Shown here: positions 1 to 9,560 of the stretch, piece after piece
Layout of the letters: every line of letters starts with the position of its first letter
Numbering within the stretch: position 1 is the stretch's first letter
Origin: a virus
Taxonomy: Duplodnaviria; Caudoviricetes
Length of the DNA stretch: 41,153 bases
Strand: one strand, 5' to 3'
IMG/VR virus record: IMGVR_UViG_3300026541_000015
Span: 1-41,153 of that record
Position numbers and translations under genes: made by a program
The notes under the pieces: model-generated
What the model was told of the DNA's origin: nothing
Seen by the model: only the letters and a program-made list of their open reading frames with translations
Databases searched by the model: none

Positions 1-117
1 GGCGCAGGGCGTTTCATAAACGACTTGAGGTTGTATTAGAAACTGGAGTAGGACTCACTGTAGGACAAGGTTCCAATCCTGAAATGATGATGGACTATTC
101 AGACGATGGCGGTTCTA
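1..117. repeat. Terminal direct repeat (identical to 41037-41153); circular assembly overlap
   Basis: The first 117 nt (ggcgcagggc...ggcggttcta) match the last 117 nt exactly, and one reading frame runs continuously across the join. Confidence 0.95.
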
Positions 118-290
118 CTTTCAAGTCTTTACCAAACAAGACGATTGGCCGCATTGGTGAACGGTTTACCCGCGTTGTCTGGACTGCCTTAGGTTCCTCA
201 CGGCAAAGAGTGTATCGAGGGGCAGTGAGTGATCCAATTGCCATGACCATTACCGACACACAGCTCGAAGTCGAAGGGGGTCGGTTGTAA
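1..290 (+). CDS. C-terminal part of P22 gp10-like head-closure/DNA stabilisation (tail hub) protein; continues from 39935
   Basis: Same frame as the ORF starting at 39935 once the 117-nt overlap is removed. Contains the M.YSDDGG.T...RV.W.ALG motif typical of gp10-like proteins. The listed ORF 84..290 is only its tail. Confidence 0.85.
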   Translation, partial: RRAFHKRLEVVLETGVGLTVGQGSNPEMMMDYSDDGGSTFKSLPNKTIGRIGERFTRVVWTALGSSRQRVYRGAVSDPIAMTITDTQLEVEGGRL

Positions 291-733
291 TGGCTACAAC
301 AGGACTCAGGCCTTTTGTGGCTATCCCCAAAGACTTACGGGAATGGACAAGATGGTGCCGTGATCAAATCCTCACGGCAGGCGATGACACAGTGGCTACC
401 GCGACTATCCAAGATGAAGCAGTTACCTATGCCAAGATACAAGATGTCGCCGCAGATCGCATCTTGGGACGTCTGACGACTGCCGGGGTGGTCTCCGAGT
501 TGACTGCGGCCCAATTAGTGACGTTATTGGAGGCAGAGGGCTGGAATTTCAGTGGCAATATAGGCTTTTTCGGTACTACGGCGGTTGCCCAACAATCGGA
601 TCCGGGTTCGGCCACAATCACGACAGTTTCAGGGTCGGGTGATGATGCGACCATCAATACCAACTTTGCCAATTTAGATACAGCGATTGATGGCTTGAGA
701 ACGGCTTTGAACAACCTGGGGTTGACGGCATGA
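290..733 (+). CDS. Putative tail needle/fibre-like protein (P22 gp26 position)
   Basis: Directly follows the gp10-like gene with a TAATG overlap; contains fibre-like TIQDEAVTYAKIQDV segment and a helical C-terminus. Call is mainly positional. Confidence 0.55.
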   Translation: MATTGLRPFVAIPKDLREWTRWCRDQILTAGDDTVATATIQDEAVTYAKIQDVAADRILGRLTTAGVVSELTAAQLVTLLEAEGWNFSGNIGFFGTTAVAQQSDPGSATITTVSGSGDDATINTNFANLDTAIDGLRTALNNLGLTA

Positions 734-1290
734 TCAGGTTTGAGAACTTTATAGCAGATTTCGAGGAGCTGAATAAGCACGCAAGATCGCTTTCTTATGG
801 TGGCGTGACCAATCCTCAAGACGGTGTTTTGTACCCGGATGTTTCTGCGGATGTGCCTGTGGCTACCGTTGCCGAAATTAAGTATAAGCTGGAGCATGTT
901 TTGGCTTTTACCGTAAACATCAATATGGCGTTTTTTCGACTGACCAACAAAAATACTTCAACGGCGCCTCATCAGGCGCATAATGATACGATTATGGGAG
1001 ATTTTACGTTTCTTTTATACATGCAAAACGGGGCAGGAGGCACTAGCTTTGTCTGTCATAAAGCCGCAGGTATGAAACACGGTCCTGTGAGTGATGTTGA
1101 ATTGTCTGCGTGGAAAAGGGACACCAACATTCCTGATGCGTGGGAGGTTAATGGCATTGTTGGTATGCAGGAAAACCGAGCTTGTGTTTTCGATTCTTCA
1201 CTTATGCATCGCGCAGAGCCTGTGCATGGTTTTGGTGATAGTGTAGACAATGGCCGATTGGTATTAACAGCTTTTGTGTCTCGATTGTGA
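730..1290 (+). CDS. 2OG-Fe(II) oxygenase-like protein (DUF6445-like)
   Basis: HxD (AHND), distal H (LMHRAEP), conserved R (NGRLV), and a FLLYM..GAGGTSF strand pattern typical of the DSBH fold. Confidence 0.65.
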   Translation: MIRFENFIADFEELNKHARSLSYGGVTNPQDGVLYPDVSADVPVATVAEIKYKLEHVLAFTVNINMAFFRLTNKNTSTAPHQAHNDTIMGDFTFLLYMQNGAGGTSFVCHKAAGMKHGPVSDVELSAWKRDTNIPDAWEVNGIVGMQENRACVFDSSLMHRAEPVHGFGDSVDNGRLVLTAFVSRL

Positions 1291-1715
1291 TTATTCGTGA
1301 TGCAACAATGGATGATTTTAATGACATAGATCGTATGGGAATCGATTTTGCCAGAGCTGCGGGACATATTGTTGATCGAGATACGTTGAGAATGAGCATA
1401 GAAGGACTGCTTGAGAATGGAATTATTAAACTTGCTATTGATGAGGTGCCGATCGGCATGATTGGTGCAATGATTATTCCGCTTTGGTGGAACAAATATC
1501 AAACTTTGGCACAGGAGTTTTTTTGGTGGGTTTCGCCAAGTCATCGAAAAACGTCAGCCGGTATGCGTTTACTGAGTGAGCTTGAAGAGAGTGCAAAAGC
1601 GGCCGGTGCGGCAAGAATAACGATGTTTTGTTTGGCGGATGTAGAAAACATTTCTGGCTTGTATGAAAAACTAGGTTATACCTCATTGGAACAGGTTTTT
1701 ATTAAGGATTTGTGA
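1287..1715 (+). CDS. GNAT N-acetyltransferase (P22 gp14 position)
   Basis: IIRDATMDD N-terminus, WWVSPSHRKTSAGMRLL acetyl-CoA motif A, LYEKLGY motif B. Confidence 0.85.
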   Translation: MIIRDATMDDFNDIDRMGIDFARAAGHIVDRDTLRMSIEGLLENGIIKLAIDEVPIGMIGAMIIPLWWNKYQTLAQEFFWWVSPSHRKTSAGMRLLSELEESAKAAGAARITMFCLADVENISGLYEKLGYTSLEQVFIKDL

Positions 1716-2338
1716 TGGCAGTTACAGCACTAGCAATTGTTGGCGGCGCCGTGATTGGCGCGGTTTCATCAGATAAGGCAGCCAAAGAGCAAGCGAAAGG
1801 CGTTGATCAATCGATTGAGGAACAGCGTCGCCAATTTGATCTGAATCGAGAGGATTTGGCGACTGGAAAACGTGTGGGTGATGCCGCGCTTGATCGTCTT
1901 GATCGAAGTCAGTCCGGTGATTCTTCCGACTTCTTTACCTCACCAGGATTTGAATTTGTACGTGATGAGGGTTTGAGAGACATTGAGAATCGTTTCTCTG
2001 CTTCAGGCGGTACGTTATCGGGCAATGCCTTGCGACGACTTACCGAATTTAACTCCGGACTTGCTTCACAAGAGTTTAACAATTTCGTCAACCGTGATCT
2101 TGCCATTGCGGGTCTTGGCCAAACCGCCACCAATACTGGGGTTCAAGCAGGTACGCAAATATCCGGCAATATATCCAATGCACTCGTCCAGGGTGGTGAT
2201 GCCAGGGCATCGGGTGTTAGTGGAGTCAACGATGCGATTCAAGGTGGCATCGCTAATTTATTCACGGCACAACGTGCGGGTCTTTTTGATAAGAAACCCA
2301 TTAGTCAGGGTCGAACAACCACTGGGGGTGTCTTTTAA
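1712..2338 (+). CDS. DNA ejection protein, P22 gp7-like
   Basis: Hydrophobic Gly/Ala N-terminus, SPGFEF.RDEG and GG.LSGNALR.L..F..GLASQEF motifs, and position. Confidence 0.8.
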   Translation: MMAVTALAIVGGAVIGAVSSDKAAKEQAKGVDQSIEEQRRQFDLNREDLATGKRVGDAALDRLDRSQSGDSSDFFTSPGFEFVRDEGLRDIENRFSASGGTLSGNALRRLTEFNSGLASQEFNNFVNRDLAIAGLGQTATNTGVQAGTQISGNISNALVQGGDARASGVSGVNDAIQGGIANLFTAQRAGLFDKKPISQGRTTTGGVF

Positions 2339-3459
2339 TGGCTACATTCAATCTTGGAAATGCCTTACAATCCGGTGATCGTGCTCGTGCTGCTGAACAG
2401 AATCAGAACTTGAATGCCCTGAGAATAGACAATGAAAAACAACGAGGTGTGAGAGATCAGCAGACGTTTGATGAGAATCAACAAAGAGCCAACACCGAAA
2501 AATTGTTGAACGGCATTCGTATTGCGCAACAGAATCCCAATATGTTGCCACAAGTCGGGCAGCAATTAGTTACTGACGGTATCTTGAATGAGGCTGAATT
2601 GCCGGGACTTTTGCAACGCGCACAAACCGATCCAGAGGGGTTTAGGCAAAGACTGGAGGATTTTGAATCACAGTTAATGTTTGCGTTAACTGAGGCTCCA
2701 CAGGAGGATAGTGAAATTCCTACTGCAGGCACGTCTGCTCAAGGCAGATTCTTTGGTAGTCTTACTGAGGGCTTATCGCCTGAAGACCAGGCAAGAGCAA
2801 GACGAGTACAGCTGGGTTTGGATCCACGAGCGGTAGGTTCTGGCGCGATTACAACGGCACTGGATCCTGAACTGACTGAACAGGTTGCGGAATCTACCGC
2901 TGTCATTGCCGGGCGTAAGAAATTTGCCGAAATGACTGGCGCATCACGAGCGAAAACGATTGATAAGGGCTTTGAGTCCATTCAGAATATTGACAAGAAT
3001 ATTCGTAATATGGACAAGGCGATTGCGGCATTGGAAGGTGGGGCGAGAACAGGCCCGATTGAGTCCAGGTTCTTTCCCTCTATTCGATCTGCATCGGTCA
3101 AACTCGATCAGATACGCAATGAACTAGGTCTTGATGTTGTGGGTGGGGTTACATTTGGTGCCCTTTCCAAGGGTGAATTAGACCTTGCTCTGGAAGTGGC
3201 ATTGCCAACCAATTTACAACCTGAAGAATTGATTCAATGGCTGCAAGACAAGAAAGCGGCGCAAGAAAAGCTCAGGGGGTATTTTGCCAGTCAAATTGAT
3301 TTTGTGGATCAGGGCGGAACCCTTGCCGGATTTTTACGCCAGCAGGAGCGTGGTAACCAACAAACTGAGCAGCAGAATGTGGCTCCTGAGGGAACGGTAA
3401 GAACAAATGCTCAAGGGGTGACTATTGTCAAACAAAATGGTCAGTGGGTGAAGCAATAG
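2338..3459 (+). CDS. DNA ejection protein, gp20-like
   Basis: Q/A-rich helical protein between gp7- and gp16-like genes; GALSKGEL motif. Confidence 0.65.
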   Translation: MATFNLGNALQSGDRARAAEQNQNLNALRIDNEKQRGVRDQQTFDENQQRANTEKLLNGIRIAQQNPNMLPQVGQQLVTDGILNEAELPGLLQRAQTDPEGFRQRLEDFESQLMFALTEAPQEDSEIPTAGTSAQGRFFGSLTEGLSPEDQARARRVQLGLDPRAVGSGAITTALDPELTEQVAESTAVIAGRKKFAEMTGASRAKTIDKGFESIQNIDKNIRNMDKAIAALEGGARTGPIESRFFPSIRSASVKLDQIRNELGLDVVGGVTFGALSKGELDLALEVALPTNLQPEELIQWLQDKKAAQEKLRGYFASQIDFVDQGGTLAGFLRQQERGNQQTEQQNVAPEGTVRTNAQGVTIVKQNGQWVKQ

Positions 3460-5693
3460 TGGCTGATTTTTCAGACGTTCCTGTAGGATTCGAAACTGCT
3501 GAGGAACAAGATTTTTCAGACGTTCCTGAAGGTTTTTCAGCGCAGGAGATTATTGCGGAACCAGAACCACGCACCTTATCGGAAAAGATTTTTCGCGGTC
3601 TTGGGTTGGTTGGCAGAGACGTCGTTGAGGGGGTTGCCGGTGTTGCGGGAATAGTTACAGACCCTATAGGGTTTGCTGTTAATAGGGCATCGAGCGCTTT
3701 AGGTGGACCGCCATTGTCAAGCCAGAATTTACGTGGTGATGTTAGTTCTTCTTTAACCAATCTTGGACTACCGGAACCAGAGGGACGTTTAGAGGAAATA
3801 GCTTCTCAAATAAATCAAGGTGTTGTTGGTGCGGGTGGATTTGTTGGAACTGGCAGAGCTATTGCTGTTAATGCTCCAAAGGTAGCCAGTGAGGTTGGTA
3901 AAGTATTAGCGGCCACGCCTGGAACGCAGGCGGCATCGTTTGGCGTGAGTTCCGGCGCTATTGAGTCATTACCCGAAGATACAAGTCCAGGGATTAAGTT
4001 AGGAGTGGGGCTTGCTGCTGCTGCCTTGCCTTTTGTTCCAGCAACGGTCAAGACATTGAGAGCACCAAGTACACGACCCGTTGCGACTGAAGATGCATCT
4101 ACTCGAATACTAAGTACAGCAGAAGAAAAGATTACATTAGGTGTTCCAGATCAACCGGTATCTGTAGGCAAGCCAACCCTTGATGTACCGGTTGATATTA
4201 CGCCACCTATATCGTCTGAACAGATCGTTTCTGGGTTACGAAAAGGAAAAACTCAGGCTGTTGTTGATGCTGTGGTTCCTGATGTGAAAATTGTGGAATC
4301 CGCCCAGAGGTTGGGCGTTGATCTTAATCCAGAACATTATTCAACCAATATCGCGTTTCAGGATGTGACCAGAGCATTGAAATCTCAACCTGGATCGACC
4401 CTGCAAGCGAACGAGGTTAAAGCGCTTGCGGCGGTATCGAGACAAGCCGATGATTTGGTCGTTGTTAATAAAGGACATTTGGACAAGTCACAGTTTGATG
4501 ATGCGATTGCAACGCAGATTAATGACACTATTAGCAATCTTGGGGAAGCGGCTAAAATTACGTATAAATTGGTAAACGGACTTATTCCGGCGCAAACAAA
4601 GGTCAACACAACATTAATACGAAAATACTTGGAAAAGAAACTAGCGGATTTCGGCGGCGATAATTCACTGCTATCAAAGGTAGAAAAAAAATTACTCGCG
4701 CTAACAAAAACAACAAAAGATGGTGATGCTATTAACCCAACGTATGCTGCTCTTGATCTAATAAGACGCAATGTTGGCGAAGGATTTAACAGAAGATCGG
4801 GACCGTACAAGAACGGCACTGATCAAAATTTGAGAGAAATCTACGGTGTTTTATCGGAGGTGCAAAATGGTGTCGCTAGTGCTTTTGGGATTGGTAATAT
4901 ATATGCTAGCGCTAGAGGATTAGTGGTAACAAGAAAGACTTTAGAAGATCAGGCAATAGCCTTGTTTGGTCGCAATGCTTCTGGGTCATTAGTTCCTAAA
5001 ATACGTGGTTCTGCCACGGGTCTTGTAGCGGGTGATGTATCGAAGTTCAATCAATTGATCAATGCTCTTCCAAAGAATCGTAGGAGTGAAGCTGCCGCTA
5101 CCGTATTGTCTGAAATATTTGCGGGTGGTTCTCGCAGGGGCGGACAATTAGGTACTGGATTTGTTGCTTCATTTGCTGCGCTGAACAGAAACAAGACTGC
5201 TAAAAATCTTTTGTTTTCTCATCTGGAACCAGCGGCTAGAAATCGGTTCAATGATATTGGTCGTGTTCTTACGGGGATTGTTGAGTCAAATCGAAAACCG
5301 TTAAGCAACCCATCGGGTTCTGCTGGACCTATTGTTGCTGCATTAAAAGATCTTTCTATTTTTGAAAAGGTGCTTAGTGCCGCACCGAAGGTTGCCGCCG
5401 CAGAAGGTGTGTCTTTGACGGTCGGGCTCCCCGGTGCGGGGACTGCCGGTATGGTTGGTTCACTTTTGAGCAAACAAAGAACCCCTGTAATAGTTGCAGC
5501 AGATAATATGATTGCATCATCGGCGTTCACAAGAGCAATTAACAAGTCGATACAGGGCGATACTTCAACGGCGAATCAAATCATTGAAAATAGCCCTGCA
5601 TTCAAAGCATGGGCTAAAACACTGAACGAACCGGACGCATTGAAAATAGCAAGGATTGGATTTATAGAATGGGCTACCGATAATGGCCGGTAA
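3459..5693 (+). CDS. DNA ejection protein, gp16-like (likely start GTG 3459)
   Basis: Large helical protein, third in the ejection cassette; the GTG overlaps the upstream TAG. Confidence 0.65.
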   Translation: MADFSDVPVGFETAEEQDFSDVPEGFSAQEIIAEPEPRTLSEKIFRGLGLVGRDVVEGVAGVAGIVTDPIGFAVNRASSALGGPPLSSQNLRGDVSSSLTNLGLPEPEGRLEEIASQINQGVVGAGGFVGTGRAIAVNAPKVASEVGKVLAATPGTQAASFGVSSGAIESLPEDTSPGIKLGVGLAAAALPFVPATVKTLRAPSTRPVATEDASTRILSTAEEKITLGVPDQPVSVGKPTLDVPVDITPPISSEQIVSGLRKGKTQAVVDAVVPDVKIVESAQRLGVDLNPEHYSTNIAFQDVTRALKSQPGSTLQANEVKALAAVSRQADDLVVVNKGHLDKSQFDDAIATQINDTISNLGEAAKITYKLVNGLIPAQTKVNTTLIRKYLEKKLADFGGDNSLLSKVEKKLLALTKTTKDGDAINPTYAALDLIRRNVGEGFNRRSGPYKNGTDQNLREIYGVLSEVQNGVASAFGIGNIYASARGLVVTRKTLEDQAIALFGRNASGSLVPKIRGSATGLVAGDVSKFNQLINALPKNRRSEAAATVLSEIFAGGSRRGGQLGTGFVASFAALNRNKTAKNLLFSHLEPAARNRFNDIGRVLTGIVESNRKPLSNPSGSAGPIVAALKDLSIFEKVLSAAPKVAAAEGVSLTVGLPGAGTAGMVGSLLSKQRTPVIVAADNMIASSAFTRAINKSIQGDTSTANQIIENSPAFKAWAKTLNEPDALKIARIGFIEWATDNGR

Positions 5694-6591
5694 TTTATAC
5701 CAGTTTCCAAGGGCTATTGCTTTTGATGTCGGTGTTGTTCAGCCGGGTGCGAGACTTACCTTTACCGCGACCAATACAACAACACCACAAAATACGTATA
5801 CCGATATTGCCTTAACGGTTGCTCATGCCAATCCAGTCGTGGCTAATTCAGAAGGTCTTTTTGCACCCATATATCTTGATCCGTCTTTACCGGATTATCG
5901 GGTTAACTACACAGATTCATTTGATGTACTCATTTATCAGGATGATGATGTTCCGGCAGGTCAGGGTGGAGATTCTTTGACATTAACAGGAGTCGCACCA
6001 TTTTTTGATATTGTTGAGTCTGATGCTGCAGCGAATAATACAACGTGGCGAGTGCAGGCTAATTCAGAGCAATTACTAATTCAGGTTGCCAATGATGCGC
6101 TGACACTTTTCACCAACATTTTAACAGTAGATCGTATTGAACAGACAGTAGATATAGTTAACTTTCTACCAACTAACTTACAGCATAATGGAAACACCAT
6201 TCCCGCTATAACAAATGGATCCTTCACGGCAACTCTTACGGGATATGCAGTAAACCCAACTGGCACGATGCATTATGAAATAGTCGGAAATCTCTGCACT
6301 ATCATTAACAAAACAACGCAAATAGCGAGTACCTCAAATGCCAATACATTTACTATGACTATTTTACCGGCAGTATGCACGCCAACAATTGCTGTGGATG
6401 GTGTTTGTGTTCTTTTAGATCAGGGTGGTGTAAGACAAGGCGGATACACGATTTCCGCATTAGCTACAACGATGACATTTATTATTCAGGATTATTCAGC
6501 GAATACCGGAAACATGCAAACTAATTTATTTGAAACTAGTGGCAGCAAAGGACTTGATGAGGGCTGGCAAGTTTCGTACTTGCTGCGGTAG
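5683..6591 (+). CDS. Receptor-binding/tail fibre protein 1 with N-terminal head-binding domain
   Basis: N-terminal TTTPQNTYTD.ALT.AHANPVVANSEG.F..IYLD anchor; beta-rich C-terminus. Confidence 0.7.
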   Translation: MAGNLYQFPRAIAFDVGVVQPGARLTFTATNTTTPQNTYTDIALTVAHANPVVANSEGLFAPIYLDPSLPDYRVNYTDSFDVLIYQDDDVPAGQGGDSLTLTGVAPFFDIVESDAAANNTTWRVQANSEQLLIQVANDALTLFTNILTVDRIEQTVDIVNFLPTNLQHNGNTIPAITNGSFTATLTGYAVNPTGTMHYEIVGNLCTIINKTTQIASTSNANTFTMTILPAVCTPTIAVDGVCVLLDQGGVRQGGYTISALATTMTFIIQDYSANTGNMQTNLFETSGSKGLDEGWQVSYLLR

Positions 6592-6599
6592 GACATTTA

Positions 6600-8576
6600 A
6601 TGTCTAGAATATTTCAATTACCTCGACAGGTTGTTATCGACGGCGGTGTGGCTAGTGGTGCTGCTCGCGCGAATTTCTACCTGACTGGCACGACAACCCG
6701 AACAAACACCTATACAGACGCTGCCCTTACGACGCCACATGCTAATCCTGTGATTGCTAATTCGGCTGGTGAGTTTGCGGTCATTTATCTTGATTCTGAT
6801 ACCGTTTATCGGCTGATTCTGAACGATTCAGTGAGCGCGCTTATATACGATGAAGATCCTGTTCAGGACACAGCGCCTCCATTTTTTCCAATTATTCCAG
6901 ATGAAACAGATTCAGGATTAAGTGAAAGCAATTTAACTACAAAATATGAACCCTATGATGTAAGACGATATCCAGGATCGGATTTAAGTGTACAACTGTC
7001 TGCCGCCGCTGGTGCATTATCTTCGTCTGGCGGTATAATAGATGCTAGCAATGTTACTGGCACCCAAACTATTTCAGAGGATTTCTTCGACGGAATAACT
7101 GTTCCTATGCATATTATTTTCGGCAATTATACGGTCGAAATGGATATGTCATCTGTCAGTCTTAATCCATATTCTAACCATACAATTGAGTTCCGAGGCA
7201 CTACATTTCAACCAGATGCAGATGGAACTACGTCGCATTCTGTAAATAATAATGGATTCTTTCAAACCAAGGTCCATGAAACGACTGGAACAATTTCCGC
7301 TTCCTCTGCGTCTTTGGTGGTTGCGAATGCAACAGGCGCTGAAGTTGGTGCGTTAGTTGCTATTGTTGGAGTAAAAACCGCTAGTTTAAACCAGGAAAGC
7401 ACGTTAAACGGTGCAATAACCGACAGCGTTACCACGATTACTGTTGTAAATTCTTTAGGATATATTCCTGATACCGGCCATATTGGTGTTGTACTTATAG
7501 AGAGCGAATTGATTTCTTATACAGCAGTTAGTGGAAATGACCTGACGGGATGTATACGGGGTGTTTACGGAACGTCAGCAGCCTCACACATAGACACTAC
7601 CGTAGTGCCTGCGGTGTTAAAGAACTTTGCTCGTATTAAATCAGTGAGTGGAACGACGATAATTTTGGATAGAACTGTCACCCGCGCCGTGACGAGTGCG
7701 CCTGTTGATATAGGCACGGTTAATGTACAAATTATTGGCAATGGGAAATTGAATGGAAGGCAACTCAGGGGCTCTTCCAATCCGTCTGTCAACATAAACG
7801 CTATTGAAGGAAGGGTTTGTTCAAGACTGCATGTAGATCCTGATATTGAGATATACGATTGGGATTTTGCAGGAGTGCTTTTAAGATCCAGTTGGGACTG
7901 TACGATCTTTGCTCAAACTTATTACGGCAATGGGCGGCCTGCTGACTCAACTGGAAGTGCTATTTTTATCATTGGTGATTGCCGATATAACACCACTCGT
8001 GTAGGGCAAATGCGAGACAATGTTTTTGGCTATATAGTGGATGATCGTTCCAGCACATTGGATAATATGTGGATAGGTCAACCCCAATTAAATAATGCGT
8101 ATATTGGTACTATTTCGGGTCAACCCTTTGGTATTTTGATAGGCGGTGACAGAAATTCAGTCATTGCTGAAACCGTTGATTGTGACACAGAGGCAATCCG
8201 TATTTCACAATCTCAATCGCAATGGACACCGGGTAATATACCGACGCCTAATCAGAATGTCGTCTGGGTGCATGGCAAGGCAAGAGGCGGTAGTGGTGAC
8301 TGGGTTAATTTACAAACAGAGGCCCAAGGTGGCGGCAATGTAGTACATTGCGGATCATTTGTTGGCACAACCACTTTACAGACAGGAAATTCTATTACCT
8401 ATTTTTATGATATTGCAGGCGCTACAGAGGATTTTAAGTATTTACCCGTTGTGACTGCTTACACAAGAACAGCAACCGTGGTTGAGAGCAGAACATTGGC
8501 TGCAAATGCATCAGCAACGGCGGCCAACAATAATGCTGTTCTGGCTCAGTTATTAGAAGATTTGGGCTATGTATAG
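6600..8576 (+). CDS. Tailspike/receptor-binding protein 2, probable beta-helix
   Basis: Shares the N-terminal anchor with RBP1; YEPYDVRRY.G...AAA.AL...GG entry into a pectin-lyase-like beta-helix; N/G/I/T-rich. Confidence 0.75.
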   Translation: MSRIFQLPRQVVIDGGVASGAARANFYLTGTTTRTNTYTDAALTTPHANPVIANSAGEFAVIYLDSDTVYRLILNDSVSALIYDEDPVQDTAPPFFPIIPDETDSGLSESNLTTKYEPYDVRRYPGSDLSVQLSAAAGALSSSGGIIDASNVTGTQTISEDFFDGITVPMHIIFGNYTVEMDMSSVSLNPYSNHTIEFRGTTFQPDADGTTSHSVNNNGFFQTKVHETTGTISASSASLVVANATGAEVGALVAIVGVKTASLNQESTLNGAITDSVTTITVVNSLGYIPDTGHIGVVLIESELISYTAVSGNDLTGCIRGVYGTSAASHIDTTVVPAVLKNFARIKSVSGTTIILDRTVTRAVTSAPVDIGTVNVQIIGNGKLNGRQLRGSSNPSVNINAIEGRVCSRLHVDPDIEIYDWDFAGVLLRSSWDCTIFAQTYYGNGRPADSTGSAIFIIGDCRYNTTRVGQMRDNVFGYIVDDRSSTLDNMWIGQPQLNNAYIGTISGQPFGILIGGDRNSVIAETVDCDTEAIRISQSQSQWTPGNIPTPNQNVVWVHGKARGGSGDWVNLQTEAQGGGNVVHCGSFVGTTTLQTGNSITYFYDIAGATEDFKYLPVVTAYTRTATVVESRTLAANASATAANNNAVLAQLLEDLGYV

Positions 8577-8595
8577 ATAACAAAGAAAATGGAAT

Positions 8596-9066
8596 ATGAT
8601 GGAACTACTTAGCAGACGTATTTCCTCTGGAGAGGAAGCAACCCTTGGCATATTGCACGATGTTACGGAGACTCATGGACTAGCCAAGTTTCTATGCTAC
8701 ATTCTGGAAGATCAATTCAACGAACCGAAGATTCCCGGTGAGACTCGTATTCCTGCCGGTCGTTATCAGATCAAACTGCGTGACGAAGGCGGGATGGCCA
8801 AGCGATACAAGAAACGTTTTCCGTGGCATAAAGGTATGCTTTGGTTGCAGGATGTGCCTGGCTTTGAGTGGGTCTATATGCACGTTGGCAATAAGGACGA
8901 TAACACCGATGGTTGCCTGTTGACCGGTGATGGACAGATTTCAAATGTTGTTGAGCGGGGAATGGTTACAAGTTCAGTAACCGCTTATCGACGCTTATAT
9001 GGACAGATAACCAAGGCGCTAAACAGCGGTGAGGAAGTTTTCATTGAGATTGAAGATTTTGCTTAA
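8596..9066 (+). CDS. Putative endolysin, DUF5675 family
   Basis: CYILED...KIPGETRIPAGRY, LQDVPGFEWVYMHVGN..D.TDGCLLTG motifs; position after tail genes. Confidence 0.8.
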   Translation: MMELLSRRISSGEEATLGILHDVTETHGLAKFLCYILEDQFNEPKIPGETRIPAGRYQIKLRDEGGMAKRYKKRFPWHKGMLWLQDVPGFEWVYMHVGNKDDNTDGCLLTGDGQISNVVERGMVTSSVTAYRRLYGQITKALNSGEEVFIEIEDFA

Positions 9067-9499
9067 CACCCCAACCTCCACCGTTAACCGGCAAGGTCAG
9101 AGCTTGTTCTTCGGACAATCCAGACTTCATTCGAGCATAAACGGTAGGTCTTTTAATGCTGTAATATCCACACCATTGCGTGATTGTTTTTGTGACTCCA
9201 GCAATCGTGATGAGCCTGTTTCTACGCGAATTATTGTCTTGCTGACTACGAGTGGCCCAGCGGCAATTTTTCGGGGTATAGTTACCATTATTATCTACGC
9301 GATCCAGCGACCGGCCACTTGGTTTTGGACCCATATCTTCGAGGAAATTACAAAAAGATTCCCATCTGTCGAGATATTTAATACCGCGACCGCCATAGTT
9401 TTTGTACGAACTATGATTGGCATCATTGCATCGTTTTTTCATGTTGTACCAAGAGTAATAAGTCGAGGTACCATAATAACCGTGTATTGTCCTTCCCAT
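9041..9499 (-). CDS. Free-standing HNH homing endonuclease-like protein
   Basis: YYSWYNMKKRC, YGGRGI, SLDRVDNNGNY.PKNCRWAT..Q..N motifs. Confidence 0.8.
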   Translation of the reverse strand: MGRTIHGYYGTSTYYSWYNMKKRCNDANHSSYKNYGGRGIKYLDRWESFCNFLEDMGPKPSGRSLDRVDNNGNYTPKNCRWATRSQQDNNSRRNRLITIAGVTKTITQWCGYYSIKRPTVYARMKSGLSEEQALTLPVNGGGWGVKQNLQSQ

Positions 9500-9560
9500 T
9501 GGGAGATTATCGCATGAACAAACCTAGAGAGAAAGTTCTGCCACTGAAAAAGGTTCCGTA

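Noticed and set aside
1-117. Terminal repeat as a biological direct terminal repeat
   Set aside because: It falls mid-gene, and P22/Sf6-like packaging is usually headful; an assembly overlap is the simpler explanation.
427-8343. Numerous minus-strand and alternate-frame ORFs inside structural genes
   Set aside because: They are shadows of long, motif-supported plus-strand genes; the same applies across 25.4-40.5 kb.
9029-9517. 162-aa plus-strand ORF
   Set aside because: Antisense shadow of the motif-rich HNH gene.
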